Assembly: GCA_951406725.2 (NCBI GenBank)
Contig: OX597817.1
Span: forward strand, 48,670,001-48,734,000
Source of the DNA: Octopus vulgaris
Lineage: Eukaryota
Reading direction: 5' to 3'
Length of the DNA stretch: 64,000 bases
The translations under genes were made by a program, and so were the position numbers. Shown here piece by piece: positions 41,433-55,781 of the stretch. How positions within the stretch are numbered: position 1 is the stretch's first letter; the number at the start of each line of letters is the position of its first letter. Below the pieces are notes generated by a model that ran no database searches, was not told the origin of the DNA, and saw only the letters and a program-made list of their open reading frames with translations.

Positions 41433-42035
41433 GTATTTGTATGTAGGTGTATATGTATGTGTGTATATATATTTATTGGTGTATATGTAGACATGAATCT
41501 GTAGGTACGCGTACGTATGTGTATATATGTGAATGTATGTAGATGTATGTATGTATGAATATAACGCGTACGTGCGTGTATGTGTATGAGTGTACGAATG
41601 AGTGAGTGTGCGTGCTAATGAGTGTGCGTGCGTGAGTGAGTGCTTGTGTTCAAGTAGAAAGATAAATGGACTTGCTGTCGTAGCCAAGATGCTTGTGACC
41701 AGCGGTCAAAGATAACAAAAGTAATAAATGAAGATAATAAAATTAAAATTAGGGAATGGGTTTGTATCTGTATGTATATGTGTGTATGTGTAGGTATGTA
41801 TAGGTACACATATGTGTATATATATATATGTATATATATATATATGTGTGTATATGTATATATGTGTATATAGGGACTTGTGTGTTGTGTGTGCATGTGT
41901 GTATGTGGATATGTGTGTGTATGTGTGTATGTGTATGTGTGTGTATGTATATATTTTTTTGTGTGTATATGTATGTGTGGTCATGTGTGTATATATACAT
42001 GTGTGTGTGTATATGTATATGCATATATGTGTGTA

Positions 42036-42079
<44 letters not shown>

Positions 42080-42167
42080 TATATGTATGTATATATGTGT
42101 GTATGTATATATGTGTGTGTGTGTATGCATGTGTGTATGTATATGTGTGTGTGTGTGTGTATATGTA
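39605..42167. repeat. Long compound (TA)/(TG)/(TATG) low-complexity tract
   Basis: Direct reading; all ORFs here are artefacts. Confidence 0.9.
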
Positions 42168-42530
42168 TACATATGTGTATAGGTATAAGTGAGAATCTCC
42201 TTATTTACCTAAAACTCAATTCTTCTATATATTTTTTTATCCTTTTATTTATTCTTTTATCTAATTTACCACTGACTCCTTGACCACTCCCCCAAGTATG
42301 ATATTTTTGCGCTATGCCTACCCCCAAAACGTCCCCCACCACCACCCCTTTAAACCTGCCTAAATGTATAAATGCCAATACAATTCTTGTTAACAAGCTT
42401 CCTGAAGATTTCTCTTGAATGAAACAGTTCTAGTCCTGTAGAAGCTCCTTCTATATAATAAATTAATTTTACTCTGCTATGTATTGAGTACCTTATTTAC
42501 TGTGGTTAACCCCGAATCAACCCGGGACCT
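42168..42530 (+). mobile_element. Hammerhead-bearing PLE-type terminal repeat, right arm
   Basis: Inverted partner of 38505-38800; extends ~70 bp further 3'. Confidence 0.8.
42396..42446 (+). ncRNA. Type I hammerhead ribozyme; predicted GUA cleavage after 42440
   Basis: AGCUUC-CUGAAGA-UUUC(UCUU)GAAU-GAAA-CAG(UUCUAGUC)CUG-UA-GAAGCU. Confidence 0.8.
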
Positions 42531-42556
42531 ATATATATATATATATATATAGATAT

Positions 42557-42652
<96 letters not shown>

Positions 42653-43310
42653 ATATACATATACACACACAGATATATATATGTATATATATATATTAAG
42701 CAGCTGTATAATATAAGATAAAATCGAATATTGGATTATTAAGATAATATAATAAAATAATAAGATATTATAAAGAAAAGTAAAACTATGATTAGGAATA
42801 TATGTAGGTTACAGTAATATTAAATGAAAAATCAGATGAATAATATTTGTTTGGCTTTCAGTCACACGAATTTCAAATTAAATTATTACATAACAATAGA
42901 GTAAGGTGAGGAACATTACATAGGACTGTAGATTTTATTTGTTGTATTCCTGCATATACATCATGTTGTTTCGAACTGGCACATTAAATTGATATGAATG
43001 TGGTTGAAGTTAGGGTAAAGCATTATGTTTAAAAATTGAAATTCAGAAGATTGTAAAAGCTATCGATTTAAAACTGGTTATGTCAAGAATTTTAGAGAAG
43101 TGAGTTTAAAGTTTCACGTTGTAATATAATTGATAGTCATATGTAGATGTAGAGGTATATCGGTTTGTTTTAGGATAATGAAATGATATATTGCATTGGA
43201 TTTTGTGAAAATAAAATAAAATAAATTAGTGATAAGAACGGGTTAAGTATTAAAATTAAGAATATTGGAAGCATTTACATAAAATATTTATACATAAATA
43301 TATAATATGC

Positions 43311-43351
<41 letters not shown>

Positions 43352-43396
43352 TAATATATCATATGTAAATTTATATCATATCATACGTATTATATA

Positions 43397-43452
<56 letters not shown>

Positions 43453-43453
43453 A

Positions 43454-43490
<37 letters not shown>

Positions 43491-43492
43491 TG

Positions 43493-44730
<1,238 letters not shown>

Positions 44731-44860
44731 GTGTGCGTGTGTGTGAATAAACGTATCAATAAACGAGTGTATCTAAAGCACCACCATAATCGTTCATGCT
44801 TCATTTTTTATTTTAAAACCCCAACCCTAACCCTACCTACCTGCCTACCTACATACCTAC

Positions 44861-44915
<55 letters not shown>

Positions 44916-46107
44916 CTGTCACTTAATTTTCGTATTTATGCAAATGCAGTACTTGATGTAAAACTATGAAGTTTCTTTTGTACAAGATGGTATCCGAGTT
45001 TCACTATTTTATAGGTAATGGCTCGTACCTTCCAGCCGAATTGATCCGGTGTTATTTGGTTTGGTGTTAGAGATTTGCAGTCGAAATTAGCAAGAGTAGT
45101 AGCAATTTGCAAGAAGTACAATGAGCATAAAAAATAAGCCGAAATTAGTAGCAATCTGTATAATTAGCAGAAATTTATAGAAAGAAATAAATACAAACAT
45201 AATTAGCAAAAATAATTGGTAAAATAAATAATAATTAGGAAAACAGTTAAAATAATGAATTTAGAAAATGATAATAGTTTACAATAATGAAAATTTAATA
45301 ATTAGTTACAATTCTTGCTTGGTGATAAAGTTTTCTCTGTCAGTTCCATAATGTGCCTCTGTTTCTCTGTCAGTTCCATAATGTGCCTCGTAATATTCGA
45401 ATATACTTTTCCAGAAAAATGGATAGTGAACGTATTTAATCTTGTCGTAGAGCTTTATTTTACGTACTAAGTTCGTTAGTCAATTACCTAACCGTGTTCA
45501 TCAATTCGAAATACATTAATACATAGAGGTGTATAAAAGCTGGATTTTAGGCTTATTTGTATGGACATATGATATGGTCTCATCTGCAGTCTTTAATGTA
45601 GAGCGAGACTTTTTCCCATTTTGAAATTTCTTATTCGTGTTTCTAGAAATACATTTCAGTTTGGTTGCTTTTAGATATTTGGTTAACGATTCATAATACT
45701 AGCTTCATTTGAAAATACAATTTATTTATGGGATTGATTAAACCAGATACTTTCAGTATTTCTACGATTGATATTTGTTGTAAGTTATTGTACGTATTTC
45801 AGCTTGGTGTTGAAGCTGTTGACAGACAGGAATGACTTTAAGCCGTTTTCATTTTCTGGAAATTCTGTCTCGGTCAAGAAATCGGAAAACAAAATTTCAA
45901 TGTCCCCAAAGGACTCTATAGTGGAGCAGAAATTTCAAAACTGGTTTGATTACACATAAAGAAGATACTGTAAAAGAGAACAAAATCCATTTGCATTAGC
46001 ATATGACTTTCCAGAAACGACAGACTCGTAGCCGCTCACAATATGAATGTTCGTAGCACCAACGACTTCTGAAAATACTTGTCATTACCTATAAAGATTG
46101 TAAATAT

Positions 46108-46256
46108 TGGCGCAGTTGTGGCTGCGTGGGGAAAAGTTTGCGTGGCACGTGGGAAAGCTCGCCCACTATAGCCTGGGGCCTACCAAAGCCTTGCAAGTGG
46201 ATTTGGTAACGGAAACTGAAAAGAGTCCGTAGTTTATGTATATGTATGTATACATA

Positions 46257-46334
<78 letters not shown>

Positions 46335-46600
46335 TGTGTGTGTGTGTGTGCGTGCGCGTATGTGTGTGTATGTATGTATGTATGTAGGGGAGGGGTATTT
46401 GTGCTTGTTTTTGTTCACCAACATCGTATGACAACCGGCTTTGGTCTGTTTACGTCCCTGAAACTTAGTGGTTCGGTAAAAGTGGCGGATAGAATAACTA
46501 CTACACTAAGTCCTGGAGTCTAGTTCTTTAACTAAACCCTTCAAGGCAGCCTCCCAGTATGACCGAAGGTCAATGACTGAAACAAAAACAAAACAGATAA
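46108..46600 (+). mobile_element. SINE family A, diverged
   Basis: Family motifs around a microsatellite. Confidence 0.75.
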
Positions 46601-46689
46601 AAAGTGACTGAATCACAAATTAAATCAGACTGTTACTTGCTAGTGGAACGACATTCAACCCAACTGAATAAGTATAAACATGCGCAATA

Positions 46690-46900
46690 CATATGGCCTG
46701 TGTGAACAGCGAAGGGCAAAACATTGTCTATGTTGCAGAGATTTAGTTCCTTAGATATTTGCTGAATGTCTCCTATATAGGTATAATGACAAACGTTGGC
46801 AGTCCATAGAGAGGCACGATCACCAGAAATGGTGACAACACAAAATTGCAGCAGATTAAGATCATTGAGCATAATATCAGAAGATTGTACATTTGGTGTC
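46690..46900 (+). pseudogene. Decayed GIY-YIG endonuclease fragment (PLE)
   Basis: In-frame NIVYVAEI*...VSYIGIMT matches GIY-YIG motif spacing; it lies upstream of a decayed hammerhead. Confidence 0.5.
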
Positions 46901-47143
46901 AAAAGATAACTGAAAGGGAAGGAAGCCGATGAGAGCAAAGAAAAAAAAAGAAATTCGATGGCCTTACTTGTTGGCTACAGATGGACTGAGCTTATATAAG
47001 TTGTGCGGGTGCCAGAATGAGGTGAAGTATCAAGATCGCCGACCAGATAGAACATGAAGAGAAATAAAATATGAAACCACATGTGGACTGTTGGCAATTT
47101 TTTCCTCTGTCCTCCTTTACTTTTGGATTTTCCTCTGTTTCCA

Positions 47144-47179
47144 CTTTCTGAAGAAGAGCTTTGCTCAAAACGCAAAACA
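47144..47179 (+). ncRNA. Decayed minimal hammerhead
   Basis: CUGAAGA-A-GAGC(UUU)GCUC-AAAA-CGC; the catalytic G12 is lost. Confidence 0.5.
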
Positions 47180-47710
47180 TTCTTCCTTTCCTTCCCTGAG
47201 CGTCTTATTCATACTCTGCAGGCACCACGTCCTCCGTTATTGTTTTTTCTTGTGTATTTTTGTCGCTTTTTTGGGGATAAATTACATATATATGTATGTA
47301 TGTATGCCTATGTGTCTGTGCACACCTTTAAATGCAATGTATGCTAAAAGGTTTGCAAATATAAGGGAGGCCTCAAAAGACATTTTAAGATCCACAAAGA
47401 TCAGAACTTATCTGCAGTTCTTGGTGGTCCAAATCGGATATGTAATCTATGGAGGTGTCTTTGCCAAACATTGTCTGGTTTAGAAAGCTACATCATATGC
47501 CATGATGGTTCTAAGGTGTAGATACAGGAGGTGGTCAAACTCTGCATAAGGAGTAGACAACCACCATGTATGTATGTATGAATGTATGTATGTATGTATG
47601 TATGCATGTATGTATGTATGTATGTATGCACTCATGCATATATATATGTATGTACGTCTGTACGTATATACATATACATATATATATATGTATATATATA
47701 TATGTGTAAA

Positions 47711-47960
47711 GTATAGAAGCCATCTTAATATGGCTAACCACAAAGGGGAGGGGGTGTTACTGTAGCTTTATAGCCCCAGGAGATCGTCGTCTCCAGCTGG
47801 CTTTAGACACCATTTCAGTGCCCCTGAAGTATTTGCAAAGGGAGGCCATCCCTTTCTCGCAAGCCTGAGTGATACGCACGGACTAGTTTCGAGATTATTG
47901 TCTCTTATCAACGAGCGGTAACCACCAGGTCGCGATGAAAGACAAGGCTGCTTTGCAAAT
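47711..47960 (-). mobile_element. Diverged single partial copy of the retrozyme family, in (TA)n
   Basis: Shares AGCCATCTnAATATGGCT, GGGTGTTACTGTwGC, AGCCCCAGG, AGACACC, GCAAAGGGAGG and CACGGAC..GTTTC in the same order as 17810-18050. Confidence 0.85.
47876..47916 (-). ncRNA. Type I hammerhead, U3-A8 core variant
   Basis: GCUCG-UUGAUAA-GAGA(CAAUAA)UCUC-GAAA-CUAG-UC-CGUGC; palindromic stem III ACUAGU. Confidence 0.8.
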
Positions 47961-48078
47961 ATATAAGAGTTATATATATATATATTTATATGTATATATA
48001 TATATATACATTTATATTTAAATATATATTTACATATAGACATACACAAATACTAAGATCAATCCCGATACTTAACAT

Positions 48079-48147
<69 letters not shown>

Positions 48148-48713
48148 CACACACCTGTTGCTGAGGTATGACAGAAGCTAACTAGTGAAATTCTGATTTG
48201 ATGATTAATGTATTTGTAAACAAACGCTATTCTCATTTAATATAATTTTTTAAAAATAATTTTCGAGAGATCCCAAAAAGAATTCGATTCATTTTCTCCC
48301 CCACCCTTTTTTTCTCTCCAGCAATTATCAATATTAAAAAAAAAAAAAAAAAAATAAGTAATTTGCTATATTTATGATGACTACAAATTGACAAATTATT
48401 CAAATCATTAGTAACACAGCAAGACGACATACTTAAAAATAGAATTTTCATTATTGCCGTTATGTGAATATAATGTTATTACCGGTGAAACTATGGTGTA
48501 TGAAATATTTTTTTCGTTGTAATTTCTACTGCTTCAGCAGCCAGGAAATACGGTTGCCATCAGCAATATGGTTGGCTAAGGATAACTATATATTTGTGAA
48601 AAATATACATTATGTCCATAATTAATTGAACTCTATTTTAGTACAGTTTACTAAAACATAAAATAGTATTTTAGATTTGTCGATCTTATTTATTTTCATA
48701 TTTTTTTCTTTTA

Positions 48714-48803
<90 letters not shown>

Positions 48804-48992
48804 ATATATTTTTTTTCAGTTTGTACCAGAAGACTTAGATTTTGAGTTAAATTGAAAAATAAAAATATCTCTACAAATAATTATTTTAGCAAAATTGGTT
48901 TCGACAGGTTTTAAAAGCCAATGGTATATAGTTAATATACATTCTGTATATTCTCCCAGTCGATTTGATGCATATATACATTACATACATAC

Positions 48993-49040
<48 letters not shown>

Positions 49041-49376
49041 CATATATATATACATACACATATATATATGTATGTATATATACATAAATATATATATACA
49101 CATATATATGTATGTATGTAATGTATATATGCATATATATATACATACATATATATATACATACACATATATATATGTATGTATATATACATATATATAT
49201 ATACATATGTGTATATATATATACATATATATGTATATATACACACATATATATGTATATATAAATATATATGTATATATATGCACATACATATAAATGT
49301 ATAAATGTATAAAGATATATATATATATATAAACATATATATATATATTTATATAAATACATATATATGTATATAA

Positions 49377-49429
<53 letters not shown>

Positions 49430-49918
49430 TATATATATATGTATTTATATAAACATATATGTGTGTGATTATATATATATATATATATATATATATTTCA
49501 ACAATTGAGAGTAAAATTAATTAATTATTAATCAATTTCACCAAGTATTCAGTATGCATATATATATATATATAAACACATGCACACACACACGTTTATG
49601 TATATGTGGGTAATTAAATTAAAGTTACATTTGTTAGAGAAATGCGGTCATTTGAGAGAGTCCTTTGAGCGTCGGTCAGAATGTCTTGCAATGTTCATTC
49701 CGTTTCTCTAAGCTCTGAGATCAAATATTGCTCAAGTCAGTAGTGCCTTTTGATATATCGGAGTCGATAAATGAAATACCAGTTTAATATTGCGGCCAGT
49801 TCTTCTCGCTTTCTTTGAATGACCTTGGATTTTACCTGTAACTCAAAGGCAGCGTTGGTTAGACCGAGTAATTTTGAGAAAGATAGATATGTCTGTGAAA
49901 TGTACTGCCGTTTATAAA

Positions 49919-50306
49919 TTAACTAGCAGTATCGTCCGGCGTTGCTCGGGTTTGTTTCGACCCTTTAGAATTGGAATTTTTGCAAAGTAAAACTTTTGCA
50001 TTATGTAGCTTGTTATTCTCTTTAAGTAAACATTTTTCTGGTTGAAATACACCGAAAAATGGCGACACACCAGTCAAAAAATCGTAAAAAATGGAGATTT
50101 TCATAGAAAAAAAAGGATCTTTTTGATGTAAATAAGTTTTGGTCTTAACGTGGTCCGATTCTACGGAATGAAGAGCAAGCCTTTTTCTATCATACTCTCA
50201 ATTTTGGTCAATTTGCGCCGCAGGGTCTCGGAGGAGATAGTGTTAGTTGAAGGCTACCAAACTTGCCATACACAGACAACTTCAGCTTAATATATAGAGA
50301 GAGATT
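49919..50306 (+). mobile_element. Helentron-associated non-autonomous element (HINE/DINE-like)
   Basis: TT-AACTAG followed by a CCGGCGTTGCTCGGG hairpin at one end; CAGACAACTTCAGCTTAATATATAGA..TT at the other. Confidence 0.6.
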
Positions 50307-50514
50307 TGATGAGCAGGAATTCCAACAAATGGCTGTTCATCGCTGCAAAACTCACCGTTATTACATATCTAACTGGATAGCGAATTGATTGCTAATTTCT
50401 TTTGTACAGTCTTTAGTTACATATATTAACATCTGCTGTGTTCCTATGGTGATTTGGAACAAATTAAAGCAAGTTTAAGAAAATATACTTTGCCTTTTTT
50501 TCTCTTTCTCTTTC

Positions 50515-50732
50515 TCTCTTTTACTTCTTTCAGTCATTTGACTGCGGCCATGCTGGAGCACCGCCTTTTAGTCAAGCAAATCGACCCCAGGACTTATTCT
50601 TTGTAAGCCTAGTACTTATTCTATCGGTCCCTTTTGACGAACCGTTAAGTTATGGGACGTAAACACACCAGCATCGGTTGTCAAGTGATGTTGGTGGGAC
50701 AAACATAGACAGACAAATATACACATACACAT

Positions 50733-50803
<71 letters not shown>

Positions 50804-50892
50804 CATATATAGGACGGGTTTCTTTCAGTTTGGTCGGCCCGAGGCTATAGCAGAAGAACTTGCCCAAGGCGCCACGCAGTGGGATTGAACCT
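50515..50892 (-). mobile_element. SINE family A, internally deleted
   Basis: Family motifs. Confidence 0.85.
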
Positions 50893-51304
50893 TATTTATA
50901 AACACTCATCATTTTCCATATCTGATTGAAATACAGTTTTTCTAATTTAGGTACAAAGCCAGCGATTTTCGAGAGGAATGATAATCGATTACATCGATCC
51001 TAGTGTCCGATTGATACTAATTTCATCGACTCTGAAGAATGAAAGGCAAATTTGAATTCAGAGCATAAAAATAAAATAACTGAAATTCTAATATGTAGCG
51101 CGAGACCAAACAGCGTCGGGAAGCAACGGAATTGAGGAGGTGAAGTTGTACACATTGAGACAGAAACTAAAAATGTTGCGGAGAGGATGAGTCGGGTGGC
51201 AGGTGTTATTGATTAAAGAAGTAGTCAAAGCACGACTGTAACCGTTCTATTTGCACTCGTGTGCACATGTGACCGACTGACTACGACAAAAAGGGTTATG
51301 GAAA

Positions 51305-51729
51305 AAGGCGGCGAGCTGGCAGAATCGATAGCACACCGGGCGAAATGCTTAGCGGTATTTTGTCTGCCGCTACGTCCTGAGTTCAAATTCCGCCGAGGTC
51401 GTCTTTGCCTTTCATCCTTTCGGGGTCGATAAATTAGGTACCAGTTACGCACTAGGGTCGACATAATCGACTTAATCCGTTTGTCTGTCCTTGTTTGACC
51501 TCTCTGTGTTTAGCCCCTTGTGGGTAGAAAAGAAATAGGTATTTCTTCTGCCATTACGTTCTAAGTTCAAATTCCGCCAAGGTCGACTTTGCCTTTCATC
51601 CTTTCGGGGTTGATTAAATAAGTACCAGTTATAGTCTGGGGTCGATATAATCGACTTAATCCGTTTGTCTGTCCTTGTTTGCTTGTTTGTCCTCTCTGTG
51701 TTTAGCCCCTTGTGGGTAGAAAAGAAATA
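51305..51729 (+). mobile_element. SINE family B, head plus two bodies, with TSD
   Basis: GGTTATGGAA flanks both sides (51294-51303 and 51730-51739). Confidence 0.9.
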
Positions 51730-52330
51730 GGTTATGGAAGAAGATATGCAAGGGATATCACATTTCAATGAAAGACAGATCTCGTTTCCTTCAAACAGAG
51801 AACTGAATAAATAAATGTATTATTCTTGGAAAAGAATTACCAAAGCAAATCATCTGATTTGAACATAACACGTTACTCCAATCACACACTTGGTTACAAA
51901 AAGATATAAGTGGGGATTGCTGTTCAAATATTCAATTAAAATTAAAGAATAAAGCCTAACAGAAAATGAAAAAAACCCAAATAAAAACAAAAAAACAGAA
52001 AGACACGCACACGCGCAAGTTTATTTTCATAATATAAGTAAACATAAGTTTCTAATGGATCCGGTGCACATGCCCTATATTTTGGGGGAAGATTGATAGA
52101 AAAAGCTGCAGAATGAGTTCCTTTCCAAACGCATGAGAATCACATTGGTATTAATGAAGCTTAACAAGTAACTTTATTTTCGACTACGACCCCTCCCCCT
52201 CGCCGACTTACATATAAAAATACACTGGAGGGTATGTGTAATTAGTATGTGAATGCTTACGTGCATTTATATGAATATTATTATAAGGATCTATTTGTCT
52301 ATCTATCTATTTATCTATCTATCTATCTGC

Positions 52331-52414
<84 letters not shown>

Positions 52415-52418
<4 letters not shown>

Positions 52419-53253
52419 TAAATATAAAATATAAATTACAAAATGTGACAAGAACGCAAAAACACACAAAGAGACGACACAAAAAAACAGATGGATCACT
52501 CGAAGCCTCTAATCTTCAGTCGGGAACCGGATCATCTTAGTAATTTCGGCTGTTTAATCTCGATATTACTCCGATCCGGCCAGCCCCAAGGAAAACCCAA
52601 GCCACAGGCATTGGATTTCTTGGAAAGAGGATCGAATGTATACGAAACAAAGACAGGATGCTACACGAATATAAATACAAGAAACAAAAATAGAAATAAA
52701 AAACAGAAATAAAAAACACGAATGGTGGACAGTACAAGGACTTATGACAATTTTTAACTTATCGTGGACAGTATAAGGACTTATGACAATTTTTAACTCA
52801 TCTTGGCTGGCGTATATGAAAAAAGCCTTTAACGGCAAAAACGAAAACAACGTTAACGTGGCCGCGGTCAAGCCGAAATGACCAGTTTGAACGCGGTCAC
52901 GTGAGAGCACGGAAGAAAGAGAAAGAAAAAGAAAGGCAGGGAGCAAGGAATTAAAGAGAGAGGGAAAGAAAGGGACGAATGCACCAGGGGAGAGAGAGAG
53001 AGAGAAGGGAGTAATAAGAGAGGGGAGAAGAAACAGGATTGGCATAGTAATAGAAATGACGGTGCAAATAAGGTGGGGGAAGAATCAGAGGCAAGAAAAG
53101 AGAAAGACACATACTATAGAGAGAGTGTGTATAAAGACGTCGTACAAGGTAAAAATGTGTGTATACATAGAAGATAGGGGAACGTTACGCCGCAATAATA
53201 TATGTATTGCTGTGCCAATCCTGTTTCTTCTCCCCTCTCTTATTACTCCCTTC

Positions 53254-53285
<32 letters not shown>

Positions 53286-53874
53286 CCCTGGTGCCTTCGT
53301 CCCTTTCTTTCCCTCCCTCTTTAATTCCTTGCTCCCTGCCTTTCTTTTTCTTTCTCTTTCTTCAGTGCTCTCACGTGACCGCGTTCAAACTAGTCATTTC
53401 GGCTTGAGCGCGGCCACGTTAACGTTGTTTTCGTTTTTGCCGTTAAAGGCTTTTTTCATATATGCCAGCCAAGATAAGTTAAAAATTGTCATAAGTTGTA
53501 AGACTTGTACTGTCCACCATTCGTGTTTTTTATTTCTGTTTTTTATTTCTATTTTTGTTTCTTGTATTTATATTCGTGTAGCATCCTGTCTTTGTTTCGT
53601 ATACATTCGATCCTTTTTCCAAGAAATCCAATGCCTGTGGCTTGGTTTTTCCTTGGGGCTGGCCGGATCGGAGTAATATCGAGATTAAACAGCCGAAATT
53701 ACTAAGATGATCCGGTTCCCGACTGAAGATTAGAGGCTTCGAGTGATCCATCTGTTTTTTTGTGTCGTCTCTTTGTGTGTTTTTGCGTTCTTGTCACATT
53801 TTGTAATTTATATTTTATATCTAATTTCTATACATATATTATTGCGGCGTAACGTACCCCTATCTTCTATGTAT

Positions 53875-53880
<6 letters not shown>
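52415..53880. mobile_element. ~790-bp repeat unit: full inverted copy (52415-53207, -) joined to a circularly permuted partial copy (53207-53880, +)
   Basis: The arms are near-identical reverse complements. The + copy runs through the unit end into the unit start (ATATATTATTGCGGCGTAACG). Microsatellites flank both sides. Confidence 0.85.
53663..53738 (+). ncRNA. Candidate rearranged (non-circularly permuted) hammerhead; second copy at 52504-52579 (-)
   Basis: AGUAAU-A-UCGAGA..AGCC-GAAA-UUACU..UCCCGA-CUGAAGAUUAGA-GGCU, with an outer helix CCGGAUC/GAUCCGG. Confidence 0.5.
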
Positions 53881-53936
<56 letters not shown>

Positions 53937-53941
53937 GTATG

Positions 53942-53983
<42 letters not shown>

Positions 53984-54011
53984 CATATATTTATATATAT
54001 ATATATATATA

Positions 54012-54054
<43 letters not shown>

Positions 54055-54273
54055 GTGGGCTGGTGCATAATTATTGCGGCTTTTTTTTTCAACAAATTTT
54101 TTCATATAACAAAAAGATCTTTAAATGATTGTTCCGGAGCATCTTCACCATCTAATTTAATTACTGCTTCCTATTTGCTTGGCTGATGGTCAGACCATCA
54201 TTTAAAGATGTTTTTGTTAAATATTGTTATTGTTTTTGTTGAATAAAAAAAGCCGCAATAATTATGCACCAAC

Positions 54274-54277
<4 letters not shown>
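54055..54277. mobile_element. Mariner-derived MITE
   Basis: TIRs (T/G)TGGG(T/C)TGGTGCATAATTATTGCGGCTTTTT of the Hsmar1/MADE1 type, flanked by TA. Confidence 0.85.
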
Positions 54278-54329
<52 letters not shown>

Positions 54330-54374
54330 ATAATTCATATATATATGTATATATATATGTATCATTAATTTATA

Positions 54375-55085
54375 TACCTTAAATCCTCGAGTATAATACG
54401 CAGGGAACTTTTAGGGGGCTGTACCTCTAAAAAAATCTATACCTTGTGTATAATACGCACCCCTTCACTAACTTGAGTCAAGGAGGTCTATATAACGTCC
54501 TTGGTTTGTGAAAATGTATACGGTAACGTCCTTTATTATTATTGTATATATAACATAATGCAAACGTGTAGCTTTTTTGTGCATTTTGTTTGCAGAAACT
54601 AAAGAAATAACAGTAATAACATCAGTGAAAAATAAATATTATGTAAATTGCCTTTACATATTTATCACTATCAGTTACAAAAGCAAAAATATTTATTCAA
54701 ATCCTTCAAATTCAACGTCACTTTCAGCATCAAATAACTGTTCTATTTGTTTCTTCGTAAACATGTCAGCATCATTGTAGTGTAAGTCTCCGTCATCGTC
54801 AGATTCATAGTCAAAATCAGAAGATTCACTTTCATTTATTTCATCTTTCCATACAACGTCGTCCTGAGTACCATCCAGTGCAGACGATATACAACATTGG
54901 ATAAAACTTATCACTATAATCTGAGGATCAAGTTCATTCCGTGCATACACGATCCATTTGCATATCAAAGTCAGGTCGGGAGCGCGAACCCTTCAACCTT
55001 TAGTGAACGACTTATTTCCAGTCAACATCCATTCAGTCCATAAATCACTTTATGACTTCATTGCTTTGGAATTTCAACATCAACA
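54375..55085 (-). mobile_element. 3' part of a pogo-like DNA transposon
   Basis: Terminus TACCTTAAATCCTCGAGTATAA. ORF 54693-54968 has WIVYARNEL...SFIQCCISSALDGTQDDVVW plus an acidic tail, typical of the pogo DDE_1 C-terminus. Confidence 0.8.
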
Positions 55086-55088
55086 ACA

Positions 55089-55123
<35 letters not shown>

Positions 55124-55236
55124 TGTATGTATGTATGTATGTATGTATGTATGTATGTATGTATGTATGTATGTATGTATGTATGTATGCATGGATGCAT
55201 GTATGAATGTATGTATGTATGTATTATGTATGTATG

Positions 55237-55270
<34 letters not shown>

Positions 55271-55364
55271 TGTATGTATGTATGTATGTATGTATGCATG
55301 TATGTATATGTGCAGATTTGTATGTTTTGTTTTATATATGTATTCTCATGCATATATTTACATA

Positions 55365-55608
55365 TTTAGACATCCTCATATATATTTAAATGTTAAACTT
55401 CGGAAAGTTTTACAGATTTTTACAGTTTCAGTGATGGATTGGATCTGTAGTCTTCGAAATAGGTCTCTCCTTTTTGGTTTTGAGAAGTCAAATTTCTCAA
55501 GGTTGGTATTTAGGTAGTGTGTTACATATCCCAGGCCCCCAATAATTACAGGTATAAACTTGAACTTGCAATCTGCATAGAATAACTGCAGATTTCGCAA
55601 TAGTTCAA
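55365..55608 (-). pseudogene. 3' fragment of an R4/NeSL-type (REL) non-LTR retrotransposon followed by a (CATA)n tract
   Basis: LRNLQLFYADCKFKFIPVIIGGLGYV...LQIQSITETVKICKTF. Confidence 0.7.
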
Positions 55609-55747
55609 CGTGTATGTATGTATGTATGTATGTATGTATGTATGTATGTATGTATGTATGTATGTATGTATGTATGCATGTATGTATGTATGTATGTATG
55701 TATGTATATAAGTATGTATGTGTGTATGTATGTATGTATGTTTATTT

Positions 55748-55781
<34 letters not shown>

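Noticed and set aside
39575-42283. Long ORFs rich in Y/I/H/T or C/V/M (also 9397-10295, 48886-49430 and others)
   Set aside because: These are translations of dinucleotide and tetranucleotide microsatellites.
42800-43290. Possible decayed PLE GIY-YIG region on the minus strand
   Set aside because: Only faint motif resemblance (VYAG) in very AT-rich sequence; not supportable without a profile search.
45780-46075. Possible minus-strand host exons with AG acceptor-like sites
   Set aside because: No GT donor, stops in all frames and no recognisable protein.
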